The notes: generated by a model not told the origin, from the letters alone. DNA of 62,934 nucleotides, filler included, from 6 parts of 6 records of this genome joined end to end with filler, not necessarily neighbours in it, one strand, 5' to 3'; counted from the first letter of the whole stretch, positions 38,019 through 48,172 are shown. Numbers and translations are program-made.

Positions 38019-38124
38019 TGAAGTTCCTCGCTGTTGCGTTTTGCAGGATAATGTTCTGTGATAAAAGAATATTAGCCTAGTTGGACCGGTGATATCAGTA
38101 AAAACTGAAGGCCTGAGATCTCTT

Positions 38125-39822
38125 ATGGGAAAAGATCCGAAAGCGGATATCGCGGATAAACTCGCACAATTGCGACTCAGCTTCCGTGGTAAGGCGGAGG
38201 GGGAACTCGATCAGTTGAGCGAAGTCGCTGCGAGGGTAACCGGGGGGGCTCAGGGGCAGCGACTGCGGCGTGAAGATGTGATGTCGGCCTACCAACTGCT
38301 TCATCGTCTGGCCGGTTCTGCCGGAACCTTCGGGTATGCGGTATTGGGGGCGGAGGCACGAAGGCTGGAACAACGCCTTAAGCCATTGGTGGAAAAATAC
38401 CCGGTGCAAGCCGACGGTGACCCAGAGGTTCCCGGCGAGGAAACCCCGCAGGTTATCGATACCCTGACACAGGCAGGGCACTTGCGTTCTTTGTTGGATG
38501 AAACGTCGGTGTCAGCGACCCGCAGTACCAACGATCCTGAGCACTTAAATGAACATTACAGTCTGACGGCCGCAGATATTCAGGTTGTCCTGTGTGGATT
38601 ATCGGAAGGTTCGCAGGTTTTTCTGGAGTACGCACTCTCAAATTACGGTTTTTCAATATCGCGCCGGGCGGTCTCCAACCTCTCGCTCAACCGGTCGCCG
38701 GGAGTGACCCTTGTGGTGACCGGAGAGGACGCAATTTCCGAGGTGTCCGCGGCGCTCGATGCTAAGGCTGGGAGCGAGAGTTCCCTGAAACCACCGCTCA
38801 TTTGCATCGGCCGCAGGGATGATTTCCGAAACCGGTATGCCCTGGCGGATGCCGGAGCAGATGCACTTATTACGGAACCGGTTGATGCAACCGTACTGAC
38901 GGAAAGCATCGAGCGTTTGGTCAGTGAGCAGAGCCGGACGGTTTCCGGGAAAATCCTGATTCTGGATGACGATGAAGATCTTGCTGGGCACTACCGGGCG
39001 GTGCTGGAAGGAGCGGGCTTTAATGTCCGCGCCATCAGTAATCCCGAGACGGTGTTGTCGGAACTCTCGGAATTCTCACCCGACATAATGCTGCTGGACG
39101 TTCGCATGGGAGCTTATTCCGGACCCACGGTGGCAAAGCTGGTCCGTTTTGATCCCGAATGGGTAAGCCTGCCGATCATCTACCTGTCGTCTGAGCAGGA
39201 TAAGCAGGTTCAGCTCGAAGCCATGGCAAAAGGGGCGGATGAGTTCCTGACCAAGCCCGTGTCCGACAGCTATCTTGTACGCGCCGCCCAGATCCGCTGC
39301 TATCGCGCCCGCCAACTGAACGAGCTGCTGATACGGGACAGCCTTACGGGCCTGTTGAAACATTCGTATATAAAGCAGGAAATTGATAAGGAACAGGCCC
39401 GCTGCAAGCGACTGTCGCAGTCCTCGGTTGTCGCCATGCTGGACCTGGATCATTTCAAGAAAGTGAATGATCAGTACGGGCACAGAATGGGCGATATTGT
39501 CATTAAGGCACTTGCCAGCCTCCTCAGGCAACGATTGCGTTCCACCGACATGATCGGCCGGTATGGCGGGGAGGAGTTTGTGGTGGTTTTGCCGGAGTGC
39601 TCGATACAGGAAGGGCGGTCGGTGATGACTCAGATCTTCGAGGCATTCTCTGACCTGTCGTTCAACAATGATGGTGCCAGCCTGTCGGTTACCCTCAGCG
39701 TGGGTATTGCCGCGCTGGATGCATTTGAGTCCGGTAGCGATGCGCTCAACGCAGCGGATCAGGCCCTTTATGAGCGAAAGAAAGGGGGCCGTAACGGCGT
39801 GACGATTTTCCATCAGGGATGA
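38125..39822 (+). CDS. Hpt / pseudo-REC / REC / GGDEF diguanylate cyclase
   Basis: LLHRLAGSAGTFG Hpt, ILDDD...LLDVRM...KP receiver, DLDHFK, RSTD I-site, GGEEF. ORF extends upstream to GTG 38089. Confidence 0.92.
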   Translation: MGKDPKADIADKLAQLRLSFRGKAEGELDQLSEVAARVTGGAQGQRLRREDVMSAYQLLHRLAGSAGTFGYAVLGAEARRLEQRLKPLVEKYPVQADGDPEVPGEETPQVIDTLTQAGHLRSLLDETSVSATRSTNDPEHLNEHYSLTAADIQVVLCGLSEGSQVFLEYALSNYGFSISRRAVSNLSLNRSPGVTLVVTGEDAISEVSAALDAKAGSESSLKPPLICIGRRDDFRNRYALADAGADALITEPVDATVLTESIERLVSEQSRTVSGKILILDDDEDLAGHYRAVLEGAGFNVRAISNPETVLSELSEFSPDIMLLDVRMGAYSGPTVAKLVRFDPEWVSLPIIYLSSEQDKQVQLEAMAKGADEFLTKPVSDSYLVRAAQIRCYRARQLNELLIRDSLTGLLKHSYIKQEIDKEQARCKRLSQSSVVAMLDLDHFKKVNDQYGHRMGDIVIKALASLLRQRLRSTDMIGRYGGEEFVVVLPECSIQEGRSVMTQIFEAFSDLSFNNDGASLSVTLSVGIAALDAFESGSDALNAADQALYERKKGGRNGVTIFHQG

Positions 39823-40979
39823 AGCATAACGTTATGAAGGCACTTATTCTGGAAGATGACACATTGCTGGCGGATCTGCTGGAAACGGTGGTCGGCGGGC
39901 TTTACCCGGGTATTGATATTTTCGTAACGGCGTCGGTCAGGGGGGCTCTGTCACATTGGTCTCAACACGGTTCTGACCTGATGATCATCGACTGGAATCT
40001 GCCGGATGGCTCGGGCCTTGAGGTTATTCGCGCTGCCCGTGAGAAGAGCAGCAAGACCGCCATTGTCATGATCTCCGGCCGGGCTGACAGGGATTCGGTT
40101 CTGAAAGCCGCACGCTACGGCATCAATGGCTATATCAGCAAACCGTTCAGTGTGGAGATGGTGCACGAAAGGCTGACAGCACTGGTGGACCCGGCAGAAT
40201 TTGATCGGGAGTCTCAACCTGGTCTGGAGCACCTGCTGCAGACGTCGGTGGAGTCCGTTATTCAGCTGCCCTCCGCCATTGATACGGCTCGGGTTCTCGA
40301 ATTGATGGCGCGAAAACAGGATATCTCCCCATCGCAGCTCGCGGAGCGGTGGCATGGCGAGGTTGCGTTGACAACCCGTCTGCTTGACGTGGCCAACAGC
40401 GCCTCGTTCCAGAAAACCGGTGAGCCGGTCCGCAGTCTGCGTGACGGGATTGCCACCATGGGTGTGGATATGGCCTTGCGGCACGCGATGGCCATGTCGC
40501 TGGATATATGCGGCCAGTTGCGCGATACCCGTTTGGTGGAAAAAGCGACTGTCTTTCTCGAAACCGCCGAGAAGGTAGCCCAGGAAGCCGTACGAATTGC
40601 GTTACGTATCGGAATCGATCAATCCGATGTGCACACGGCGGCCCTGCTCAGCCGGGTCGGCGAACTGGCGGTGCTCAAGGTGATGCAGCAATGCCTGGAT
40701 CGCAAAGGCCAGGTTTCTGATGAACAGATTGAAAGCGGGTTAACGGCCTGGGCTCAGAGTTATGGGAATCGTCTCAAAGTGCAGTGGCATCTGCCTTTGC
40801 AGTTGAGAGAGCTGATTGGCGCAGTTCATTTTCTGCCGCGTGATGCCACGAGCGATTCAAAACTGGTTATGCGTGCCTCCGGCTTGATAGCGGATGGGCA
40901 ACATCAGGGCGAGGAATGTTTGCGCTTGCTGCGCAGGCTGGGGGTGGATAACCATGAGAGAGGTACAGACGATGGCTAG
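39819..40979 (+). CDS. REC-HDOD domain response regulator
   Basis: ILEDD, IIDWNLPDGSG, KPF, then LLDVANSA, TAALLSRVGEL, QWHLP HDOD motifs. Confidence 0.88.
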   Translation: MKHNVMKALILEDDTLLADLLETVVGGLYPGIDIFVTASVRGALSHWSQHGSDLMIIDWNLPDGSGLEVIRAAREKSSKTAIVMISGRADRDSVLKAARYGINGYISKPFSVEMVHERLTALVDPAEFDRESQPGLEHLLQTSVESVIQLPSAIDTARVLELMARKQDISPSQLAERWHGEVALTTRLLDVANSASFQKTGEPVRSLRDGIATMGVDMALRHAMAMSLDICGQLRDTRLVEKATVFLETAEKVAQEAVRIALRIGIDQSDVHTAALLSRVGELAVLKVMQQCLDRKGQVSDEQIESGLTAWAQSYGNRLKVQWHLPLQLRELIGAVHFLPRDATSDSKLVMRASGLIADGQHQGEECLRLLRRLGVDNHERGTDDG

Positions 40980-41367
40980 CCCGGTCGGAGAGCTTCAGCG
41001 AATTCTTTATGTGGAGGACGATGCCGACATCAGGGCCGTGGCGGAGCTGGCACTGGAAACCGTTGGGGGGTTTTCAGTAAAGAGCTGCAGCTCCGGTCAG
41101 GAGGCGCTTGTTGAGGGGCCGGATTTTGACCCCGAACTGATCCTGCTGGATGTTATGATGCCGGGTATGGATGGCCCGACTACGTTTCAGGCGTTACGGG
41201 AAATTCCGGCATTGAGCGCGACACCTGTGGTGTTCATGACCGCTAAGGTGCAAACTGAAGAGGTGGCGTTCTACAGGGAATTGGGAGCGGTTGACGTGAT
41301 ACCCAAACCGTTCGACCCCATGACCCTTGCCGATCAGATACGTGAAATATGGACGTCCAAGGTGTGA
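40972..41367 (+). CDS. Single-domain response regulator
   Basis: LYVEDD, LLDVMMPGMDG, FMTAK, KPFDP. GAGG RBS before ATG 40972. Confidence 0.92.
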   Translation: MASPVGELQRILYVEDDADIRAVAELALETVGGFSVKSCSSGQEALVEGPDFDPELILLDVMMPGMDGPTTFQALREIPALSATPVVFMTAKVQTEEVAFYRELGAVDVIPKPFDPMTLADQIREIWTSKV

Positions 41368-41369
41368 AC

Positions 41370-41690
41370 ATGGTTGCGAAAGAATCGCCAGAGGAACTGA
41401 AACACAAGCTGAATCTGGAAACGTCCCGGATTAATTGGCATGACCTGCAGGTTTATTATGCCCGTGGCCATGTCGTGAAGGTGGTCCCGGAACTGGACCT
41501 GCTGGATGTGGCGGCAGAACTGTCAGCGGACAACAAGGCCCAGTTTGAGCGTTGGTTGGCCGATAACAAAGTGGGCGATGTCGCTCCGGATCTTGCCCGC
41601 CACTGGTATGACGAAAACACGGAACTCTGGGCAGTGGTGATTGCGCCCTGGGTGCTGGTGCAGGACAGGTCCGGGCATGTACTTCACTAA
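41370..41690 (+). CDS. DUF2288 family protein
   Basis: KLNLETSRINW, LDLLDVA, WAVVIAPWVLVQ. Confidence 0.88.
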   Translation: MVAKESPEELKHKLNLETSRINWHDLQVYYARGHVVKVVPELDLLDVAAELSADNKAQFERWLADNKVGDVAPDLARHWYDENTELWAVVIAPWVLVQDRSGHVLH

Positions 41691-41708
41691 AACTCCTGGA
41701 ATAAGGCC

Positions 41709-42080
41709 GTGAAACTGCATTACTTTCATGGGCGTGGCCCGCTACGGGCACTGGTTATGGTCCGGGAACAGCGCCGGGTTGAATTGTTCATCAAACCCGT
41801 CGGTGAGGACATCTGGGCGTTGGTGGCACTCAGTGGTTCGGTGGACGGCCAACCAGAAAAACATCGCTGCCAGGGCCCCTATCGTTCCATTTCCCAGGCG
41901 GAAGCGGTGTTGCGCAGTGTTGCGGGCGCGCTGATGGGGCAGGATTACCAGCCCCAACCCAACGACTATGTGGTCTGGTCGGTGATGGCCCAACGCCTGG
42001 CGCGCACCATTCGAACCGATCGCGATGCCAGTGCAGGCAAGTTTCATTTTGATCCCGATCAGTACGAACCTATCGGCTGA
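41709..42080 (+). CDS. Hypothetical protein
   Basis: Co-oriented 123-aa ORF filling the gap between two genes. Confidence 0.65.
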   Translation: MKLHYFHGRGPLRALVMVREQRRVELFIKPVGEDIWALVALSGSVDGQPEKHRCQGPYRSISQAEAVLRSVAGALMGQDYQPQPNDYVVWSVMAQRLARTIRTDRDASAGKFHFDPDQYEPIG

Positions 42081-42116
42081 TCTTTCCCACCCCAATACAC
42101 TTTTTTCGAGGACTTC

Positions 42117-43028
42117 ATGCTGACCGGCGCACTGCTGATCCTGGCACCGCTTTTCCTGGGGTTTGCCCTGGCACTTGAGAACCGCCACCTGATGACGGCC
42201 ATTCGTTACGGCGTTGAAGGGCTGGTGTATTTTATCCTGGCACTCTTGGGACTGAGCCTCGGGCAGATGGAAGGCGTTGGTGGCCAGTTGGCCAATATGG
42301 CATCCCAGGTTGCCGTGCTTGTGGTGGTACTGTTTGTGGCCAACATGGCGGGGCTGTGGCTGTTTCACCGTTGGCAGCCGATGGCAGCGCGGGAGGATCA
42401 CGTGGACCAGCCTCGTGGCTATCGTCGCCTTTTTCTGGCGGGGTTGAAGCCACTGTTGGCGGTTGTGGTGGGTGGTTTGGCCGGTTTCTACTGGCTGCCG
42501 GATATGCCCATGGCCGAAGACGTGGCGACCTGGTCGTTAATGTTGCTGCTGTTTCTGATTGGCCTGCAACTGCGCAATGCCGGCCTGTCCCTTCGTCGGC
42601 TGCTGCTCAACCGGCAGGGATTGGGCATTGCGTTGGCGCTGGCCGGGAGCTCTCTGCTCGCTGGTTTTGCAATGGTGCCTTTGCTGGACGCTGCCTGGCA
42701 TGAGTCACTGGCACTGGCGTCCGGGTTTGGCTGGTATTCCCTGTCCGGTATTGTGATTGGCGATGCCCTGGGGCCGTCCTGGGGTGGTGTCGCCTTTCTC
42801 AATGATGTGATCCGGGAGATTATTGCGCTTGCGATTATTCCGCTGTTGATTGGCCAGCGACCGGCCATGGCCATCGGCTATGGGGGGGCGACTGCCATGG
42901 ACTTCACCCTGCCGGTGATCCGCAGCAGTGGCGGCCTGGACTGCGTGCCCGTGGCGATTGCGTCGGGGTTTATCCTGTCGTTCCTGTCTCCCATCCTGAT
43001 GGCCGTGTTCCTGTCCATGGGAGGGTGA
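42117..43028 (+). CDS. LysO (YbjE/DUF340) lysine exporter family
   Basis: SGFGWYSLSG, GGATAMDFTLP, multiple TM segments. Confidence 0.9.
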   Translation: MLTGALLILAPLFLGFALALENRHLMTAIRYGVEGLVYFILALLGLSLGQMEGVGGQLANMASQVAVLVVVLFVANMAGLWLFHRWQPMAAREDHVDQPRGYRRLFLAGLKPLLAVVVGGLAGFYWLPDMPMAEDVATWSLMLLLFLIGLQLRNAGLSLRRLLLNRQGLGIALALAGSSLLAGFAMVPLLDAAWHESLALASGFGWYSLSGIVIGDALGPSWGGVAFLNDVIREIIALAIIPLLIGQRPAMAIGYGGATAMDFTLPVIRSSGGLDCVPVAIASGFILSFLSPILMAVFLSMGG

Positions 43029-43032
43029 TGTT

Positions 43033-44241
43033 TCAGAGCAGGAGCTTTCTGACGTCGATCTTGTAGTCTTCCGGGTCCACTGAACGCAGAATCCGGTCCT
43101 GGGCCCCGGGTTTGGCCAGGTCCAGGGTGTCAACGGTGATAGGCATGCGAAAACGGGTGTTATACATCACACGCAGCACCGGCAATCGCTGGTCCTCGTC
43201 ATTGGTTTCGACGACGACACCGAGACGACCGCTTTCCAGCAGTACCAGTGAGCCAATGGGATAGAGCCCCACACAACGAATAAACTCTTTCACCAGGGCG
43301 GCGTCCAGATGGCTGCCGCTCCACTCCAGCAGTTTCTTCAGGCCCTGGGTCGGGGTCATGCCCTTGTGATAGACACGGTCTGAGGTAATGGCGTCGTACA
43401 CATCGGTAATGGCCACCATACGACCGTACACGGAGATTTCCTCGCCTTTCAGACCCTCGGGGTAGCCACTGCCATCCAGGCGCTCATGGTGCTCTGCGGC
43501 AGTAACGATGGCCAGTTCGCCAATGCCCTCTGTTGCCTTGAGAATATCCCGCGAATGCCGCGCATGGGCTTTCATGACCTCAAACTCGTCTGGCGTCAGC
43601 CGTCCCGGCTTGTGGAGAATATCGTCCGGCGTAAGGATTTTGCCGATGTCATGGAGCAGTGCACCAACAATGGTTTGGTGTAGCGCCTCCGAAGGCAGCT
43701 TGCGGTAGTTGCCAAACAGGGACATCAGCACGCTGAGATTGACCGAATGCTCCAGCAGGTAGTTGTCCTTCTCGCGGATACGGCCCAGGCAACTGAGGGC
43801 ATTGGCGTTGCGCAAGATAGAGCTCTGGAGCTCGTCAGCCAATTGGTGAATGGGGGCTATGTCGATGGCCCCTTCAAGCTTCACGCTGTTCATCAGGTTG
43901 CCGACCAGCCCCTGAGCCTGGTTGTGCACCTGCTGGGCGAACACCATTTCCTCGGCCACGGCTACCCGTTTGAAAACGCCGGGAGTCTGTTCGCCGGCGC
44001 GCTGCAGCGCGGACTCGTTGCGGCGATCGACTTCGTGGGCTGGTTCCGAATCCTGGGAATCCAGGCCCTTGGAGACATCGATGTAGACGTAGTCCACCCC
44101 CATCCGGCGGATTTTTTCAACGGTGTCCTCTTTTTTGATCACGCCGCGACGGCGCTGGGTGTTGTGAGGAATCCAGTCGTTGTTCAGGTCGGTGATGTAC
44201 ATGCCGACCTTGAGCGCGGAGACGGGGATGCGTTTGATCAT
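43033..44241 (-). CDS. DUF3391 + HD-GYP c-di-GMP phosphodiesterase
   Basis: LKVGMYI, LLHDIGK, HHERLDGSGYP, DVYDAITSDR. Confidence 0.93.
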   Translation of the reverse strand: MIKRIPVSALKVGMYITDLNNDWIPHNTQRRRGVIKKEDTVEKIRRMGVDYVYIDVSKGLDSQDSEPAHEVDRRNESALQRAGEQTPGVFKRVAVAEEMVFAQQVHNQAQGLVGNLMNSVKLEGAIDIAPIHQLADELQSSILRNANALSCLGRIREKDNYLLEHSVNLSVLMSLFGNYRKLPSEALHQTIVGALLHDIGKILTPDDILHKPGRLTPDEFEVMKAHARHSRDILKATEGIGELAIVTAAEHHERLDGSGYPEGLKGEEISVYGRMVAITDVYDAITSDRVYHKGMTPTQGLKKLLEWSGSHLDAALVKEFIRCVGLYPIGSLVLLESGRLGVVVETNDEDQRLPVLRVMYNTRFRMPITVDTLDLAKPGAQDRILRSVDPEDYKIDVRKLLL

Positions 44242-45047
44242 TGCCGCTGGAAGAACGTTCTCAGGCTGTTGTCATAGGTTGTAGCCAGTACGTTCTCCAG
44301 CGGTAGTTGTTTCACCTCGGCGATTTTCTCGGCAACAAATGGTATGTAGAAAGGTGCATTTTCCTTGCCGCGATAGGGAACCGGGGTCAGGAACGGTGAA
44401 TCCGTCTCCAGCAGGATCTGCTCGATGGGTGCCATACGCACAATGTCACGCACGTTTTCGGCTTTGTTGAAGGTGGTGATGCCGTTAAAGCCCAGGCACC
44501 AGCCTTCGTCCAATGCGTATTGCGCCAGCCCCGGGCCTGACGTGAAACTGTGGATGACGCCGCGGCGCTTAAGAGTACCTTCGAACTCCTTCAGGATGTC
44601 GATGGTGTCGTCATCGGCCTCGCGGCTGTGGATGACCACGGGCCGGTCGGTGTCACAGGCGATCTGCAACTGGCGGCGGAACACGTCACGCTGAACGTCC
44701 CGGTCTGCGTTGTCGTAAAAGTAGTCCAGGCCAATTTCGCCCACTGCCACGATCTTGTCGTCGCCAGCGTGCGCGCGGATTTCCGCCTCGGCGGCATCGG
44801 AATACTGTTCGGCATCGTGGGGGTGTACCCCTTGCGTGCCATACACCCAGGGGGCTGTTTGGCTCAGTTCACGCACGGTAGCCAGATTGTCCGGTGACAC
44901 AGCGATGGTGATCACACGTTCGATATTGACCCGCTGCGCTTCGGCCAGGGTTTCCGCCAGGGGGCGATCCTTGAGGTAATCCAGATGGCAGTGGGTTTCG
45001 ATAATCGGTTGATCGAAAACGGGAATGTCGCGACGTTTCTTGCTCAT
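44238..45047 (-). CDS. TatD-family hydrolase
   Basis: ETHCHLD, GVHPH, VGEIGLD, IHSR, LLETDSP. Confidence 0.93.
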   Translation of the reverse strand: MSKKRRDIPVFDQPIIETHCHLDYLKDRPLAETLAEAQRVNIERVITIAVSPDNLATVRELSQTAPWVYGTQGVHPHDAEQYSDAAEAEIRAHAGDDKIVAVGEIGLDYFYDNADRDVQRDVFRRQLQIACDTDRPVVIHSREADDDTIDILKEFEGTLKRRGVIHSFTSGPGLAQYALDEGWCLGFNGITTFNKAENVRDIVRMAPIEQILLETDSPFLTPVPYRGKENAPFYIPFVAEKIAEVKQLPLENVLATTYDNSLRTFFQRQ

Positions 45048-45165
45048 TGGCGGTTACTTCACTCCATCGCAACCAAAGCGTTGGCTGCTATCCTGAGAAC
45101 TTTGTCACAGTAGTTTATCAGCTTGTTCGATTGTTGACCTACATTGCTGTCATAGGGAGAAGTGC

Positions 45166-46437
45166 ATGCACATCATTGTTGTTGGTGCCGGCGTGGTTGG
45201 CGTAACCACGGCGTATGAGCTGCAAAGCCGGGGCCATCAGGTAACCGTGCTGGAACGTCACAGCGCGGCTGGGAATGAAACCAGCAAAGGCAACGCCGCC
45301 CAGCGCTCCTACGGGGTGGTCTATCCATGGGCAGACCCATCCATGGTGTTGAAGGCCATCCCCTGGTTATTCAAGAAGGACGGCCCGCTGAAAATGTCGG
45401 TGCCGCCATCCATGGAAACCTTGCGGTTTATGCTCGCAACGCTGCGCTACGCCTGGTCGCCTGGCCTGTTTGGCCTGAACAAGCGCGCCATGATACGCCT
45501 TGGTATTCATAGCCGTGAACGCTTCCTGGCCCTTGAAAAGGAGCTTGATCTGCCGTTCGACGGCGGCCACCAGGGCCTGCTTCACCTTGCCAGCACCCCG
45601 GAAACCCTGGAAAACTACCGCGAAACCCAGCGGTTGCTCGACGAACTGGGTATCCCCTCCCGATTGCTCACTCCTGAACAGGTTCGCGAAGCAGAGCCCG
45701 GCATGATCGGGGATGGCCCACTCTACGGCGCCCTGAGCTATGACACGGATGGCACCGGTGATTGTCATCTGTTCTCCCGTGAACTGGCCAAGGCCTGCGA
45801 AACGAAGGGGGTGCAGTTCCGCTACAACACGGAAACCGAACATTTGGTGGCTGATGATCGGCGGGTAACGGGGGTGACCATCCGCAAGGACGATGGCACA
45901 TCGGAAACCCTTGAGGCAGACGCTGTGGTTGTCAGTGGCGGTTGCTGGTCGGGGCATCTTACCCGTCCCCTGGGGCTTGAGTTGCCGATCTACCCGGTGA
46001 AGGGCTACAGCTTTACGGTGCCCTTGAAAGACCCTGGCCGCGCGCCGGTGTCGACCATCCACGATGACAACTACAAAGTGGTCTCGACCCGTCTGGGAGA
46101 GAGACTACGCGCCTCCGGCTTTGTGGAATTGGACGACTTCAACCGCGACATTCCGGAAGCCCGGCTGGCGACCATTCGAAAGTCCGTGGAATCCCGTTTT
46201 CCCGGTTGCGCCGATCTGGAGGCCGCCGAGACCTGGACCGGTTTTCGCCCCATGACTCCGGACGGTCCTGCCATCATCGGTCGAGGGCCCCGGGAGAACC
46301 TGTTCCTCAATACCGGGCACGGCACCTTTGGCTGGACCCTGTCGGCGGGCAGCGCTTCGGTGATTTCCCAGTTGATTGATGGGGAGGCGCCGTCGGTGTG
46401 CCTGGATGCTTTTCGGCCTGGGCGATTTGCCGAATGA
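45166..46437 (+). CDS. dadA: D-amino acid dehydrogenase (DadA family)
   Basis: VVGAGVVG, ETSKGNA, YPVKGYS, GFRPMTPDG, NTGHGTFGWT. Confidence 0.88.
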   Translation: MHIIVVGAGVVGVTTAYELQSRGHQVTVLERHSAAGNETSKGNAAQRSYGVVYPWADPSMVLKAIPWLFKKDGPLKMSVPPSMETLRFMLATLRYAWSPGLFGLNKRAMIRLGIHSRERFLALEKELDLPFDGGHQGLLHLASTPETLENYRETQRLLDELGIPSRLLTPEQVREAEPGMIGDGPLYGALSYDTDGTGDCHLFSRELAKACETKGVQFRYNTETEHLVADDRRVTGVTIRKDDGTSETLEADAVVVSGGCWSGHLTRPLGLELPIYPVKGYSFTVPLKDPGRAPVSTIHDDNYKVVSTRLGERLRASGFVELDDFNRDIPEARLATIRKSVESRFPGCADLEAAETWTGFRPMTPDGPAIIGRGPRENLFLNTGHGTFGWTLSAGSASVISQLIDGEAPSVCLDAFRPGRFAE

Positions 46438-47681
46438 CGTTACCTTCGGCGGCGAGTTCACATCACCGCGCTGACGCCTTTTATCGGCGCTGGCAGCGCT
46501 TGAACGATTGGCTGGCGCAGCATCGTGAGTTCTGGCAATCGACGCCATTCGCTGACCCGAGCCCGGCCTGGACGAAGAACTGGCCGGCATTGGCGGACCG
46601 GGTTGCCCGGCTCTCTGACAGTGACTGTGTGCAATGGGACGATGATCCTGTCGCGCTGGCTGAATGGGTGGCCGGGGCGTTGCCCTCTTTCCGGGAGTTC
46701 GGTGAGCTGACCGACATTCAGCCACTTGCCGTCGAATTCGCCGATCAGAACACCTTGCCTGAAGTCCGGGCAACGGATATGCCTGGCCGTAAGCGGCTTC
46801 AGGCCGGCGCTTTTGCAAGCGCTATCCAACCCCTGAAACACGACGTACTGGACTGGTGTTGCGGCAAGGGCCACCTGGCCAGAACCCTGGCACCCCTGTG
46901 CGGGGGTGACGTAACCGGGTTTGAATGGAACGCGACCCTGGTGGACGATGGCAACCGCCTGGCCGGAAAGTTCGGGGATGCGGTTACCCTGCAGTGCCAG
47001 GATGTCATGGCCGAGAACCTGGCGATGCCGCCCGACGCTCACGGTGTTGCCCTGCACGCTTGTGGTGACCTTCATCGCAGGCTGATGCGTAAGGTGGCTG
47101 GCGAGGGCCTGCCAAGAGTGAGCGTTTCACCTTGCTGCTACCACCTGACGGAAGCGTTGGACTACCAGCCTCTTTCCAGGCGCGTCCGGGCTTCAAAAAA
47201 TGGCTTGGAGCTGACCCGCAACGAGCTGCGACTGGCCGTCAGGGAAACCGTGACCGCACCGAAGCGTGTGCGTGAGCAAACCCGCAGGATCAGTCGTTGG
47301 CGTCTCGGGTTCGATGGTCTTCAACGGCAGCTTCGGGGCGTGGATGCCTACCTGCCGGTGCCGTCGCACCCGACGCGGCTGACGAACGGCGATTTTGCCA
47401 CCTTCTGTCGCTGGGCAGCCGGCAATAGGGGGCTGGAACTACCCGGGGACACAGACTTTGGTGTCTGGGAACGTTATGGCGAGCGGCGACGGCAGGAAGT
47501 GCGCCGCCACGAGCTGGTGCGCCACCTGTTTCGGCGGCCACTGGAGCTTTGGGTGGTGCTGGATTATTCAATGTTTCTTGAGGAACAGGGGTATGACGTT
47601 CGGCTGGGGACCTTCTGCGAGCGCCAGCTGACGCCCCGCAATCTGCTGATCGACGCCGAAAAAAGGTCTGTGGACTGCTAA
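46434..47681 (+). CDS. SAM-dependent methyltransferase (Methyltransf_32-like)
   Basis: LDWCCGKGHL, ALHACGDL, SPCCY, TPRN. ATGA overlap with dadA. Confidence 0.85.
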   Translation: MTLPSAASSHHRADAFYRRWQRLNDWLAQHREFWQSTPFADPSPAWTKNWPALADRVARLSDSDCVQWDDDPVALAEWVAGALPSFREFGELTDIQPLAVEFADQNTLPEVRATDMPGRKRLQAGAFASAIQPLKHDVLDWCCGKGHLARTLAPLCGGDVTGFEWNATLVDDGNRLAGKFGDAVTLQCQDVMAENLAMPPDAHGVALHACGDLHRRLMRKVAGEGLPRVSVSPCCYHLTEALDYQPLSRRVRASKNGLELTRNELRLAVRETVTAPKRVREQTRRISRWRLGFDGLQRQLRGVDAYLPVPSHPTRLTNGDFATFCRWAAGNRGLELPGDTDFGVWERYGERRRQEVRRHELVRHLFRRPLELWVVLDYSMFLEEQGYDVRLGTFCERQLTPRNLLIDAEKRSVDC

Positions 47682-47686
47682 ATGGC

Positions 47687-48172
47687 TCAGGGCTTTCGGT
47701 ACACCACATTTTCCACGCAGCCGTCCCGAAAATACACGTAGGTCAGTTCATAAAGGGCGCCATAGTATTTCGTCTGGTATACCCAGGTTTCCTGGGGTGT
47801 GGGGTAGGTTTCCGGAGGTCGGCCAAAGGCTTCTAGAACATGCTCTTTGGTCATGCCTTTCACCACCTGTTCCCGCACCAGATAGCGCCGCAGGTCGGTG
47901 GAGTTAATAAAGCGGCAGGTGTCATCACTGGTCGCCTCCTGCGTGCTTTTTTCCGGTTCTTCCACTGTTTCATCACGCTTGGGTGACGGCGGGAGGTTCT
48001 GGCCAAAATTGCCACCAATCCGGTTGTCACGGATGGTGATTTCCTCGGAGTCTTCCCCGCAGGGCTGGTCCGAAAAGCGAGTATCACCACCGGCATCGCA
48101 CCGATAAACCTGGGGCCACGCAGCAGCGGGTATACCCCATGTGAGAATAAAGACGAACAACATTCGCTTCAC
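47687..48172 (-). CDS. Exported DUF4124-domain protein with SmpA/OmlA-like C-terminus
   Basis: Signal peptide, VYRC...FSDQPC, GMTKEHVLEAFGRP...WVY. Confidence 0.75.
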   Translation of the reverse strand: MKRMLFVFILTWGIPAAAWPQVYRCDAGGDTRFSDQPCGEDSEEITIRDNRIGGNFGQNLPPSPKRDETVEEPEKSTQEATSDDTCRFINSTDLRRYLVREQVVKGMTKEHVLEAFGRPPETYPTPQETWVYQTKYYGALYELTYVYFRDGCVENVVYRKP

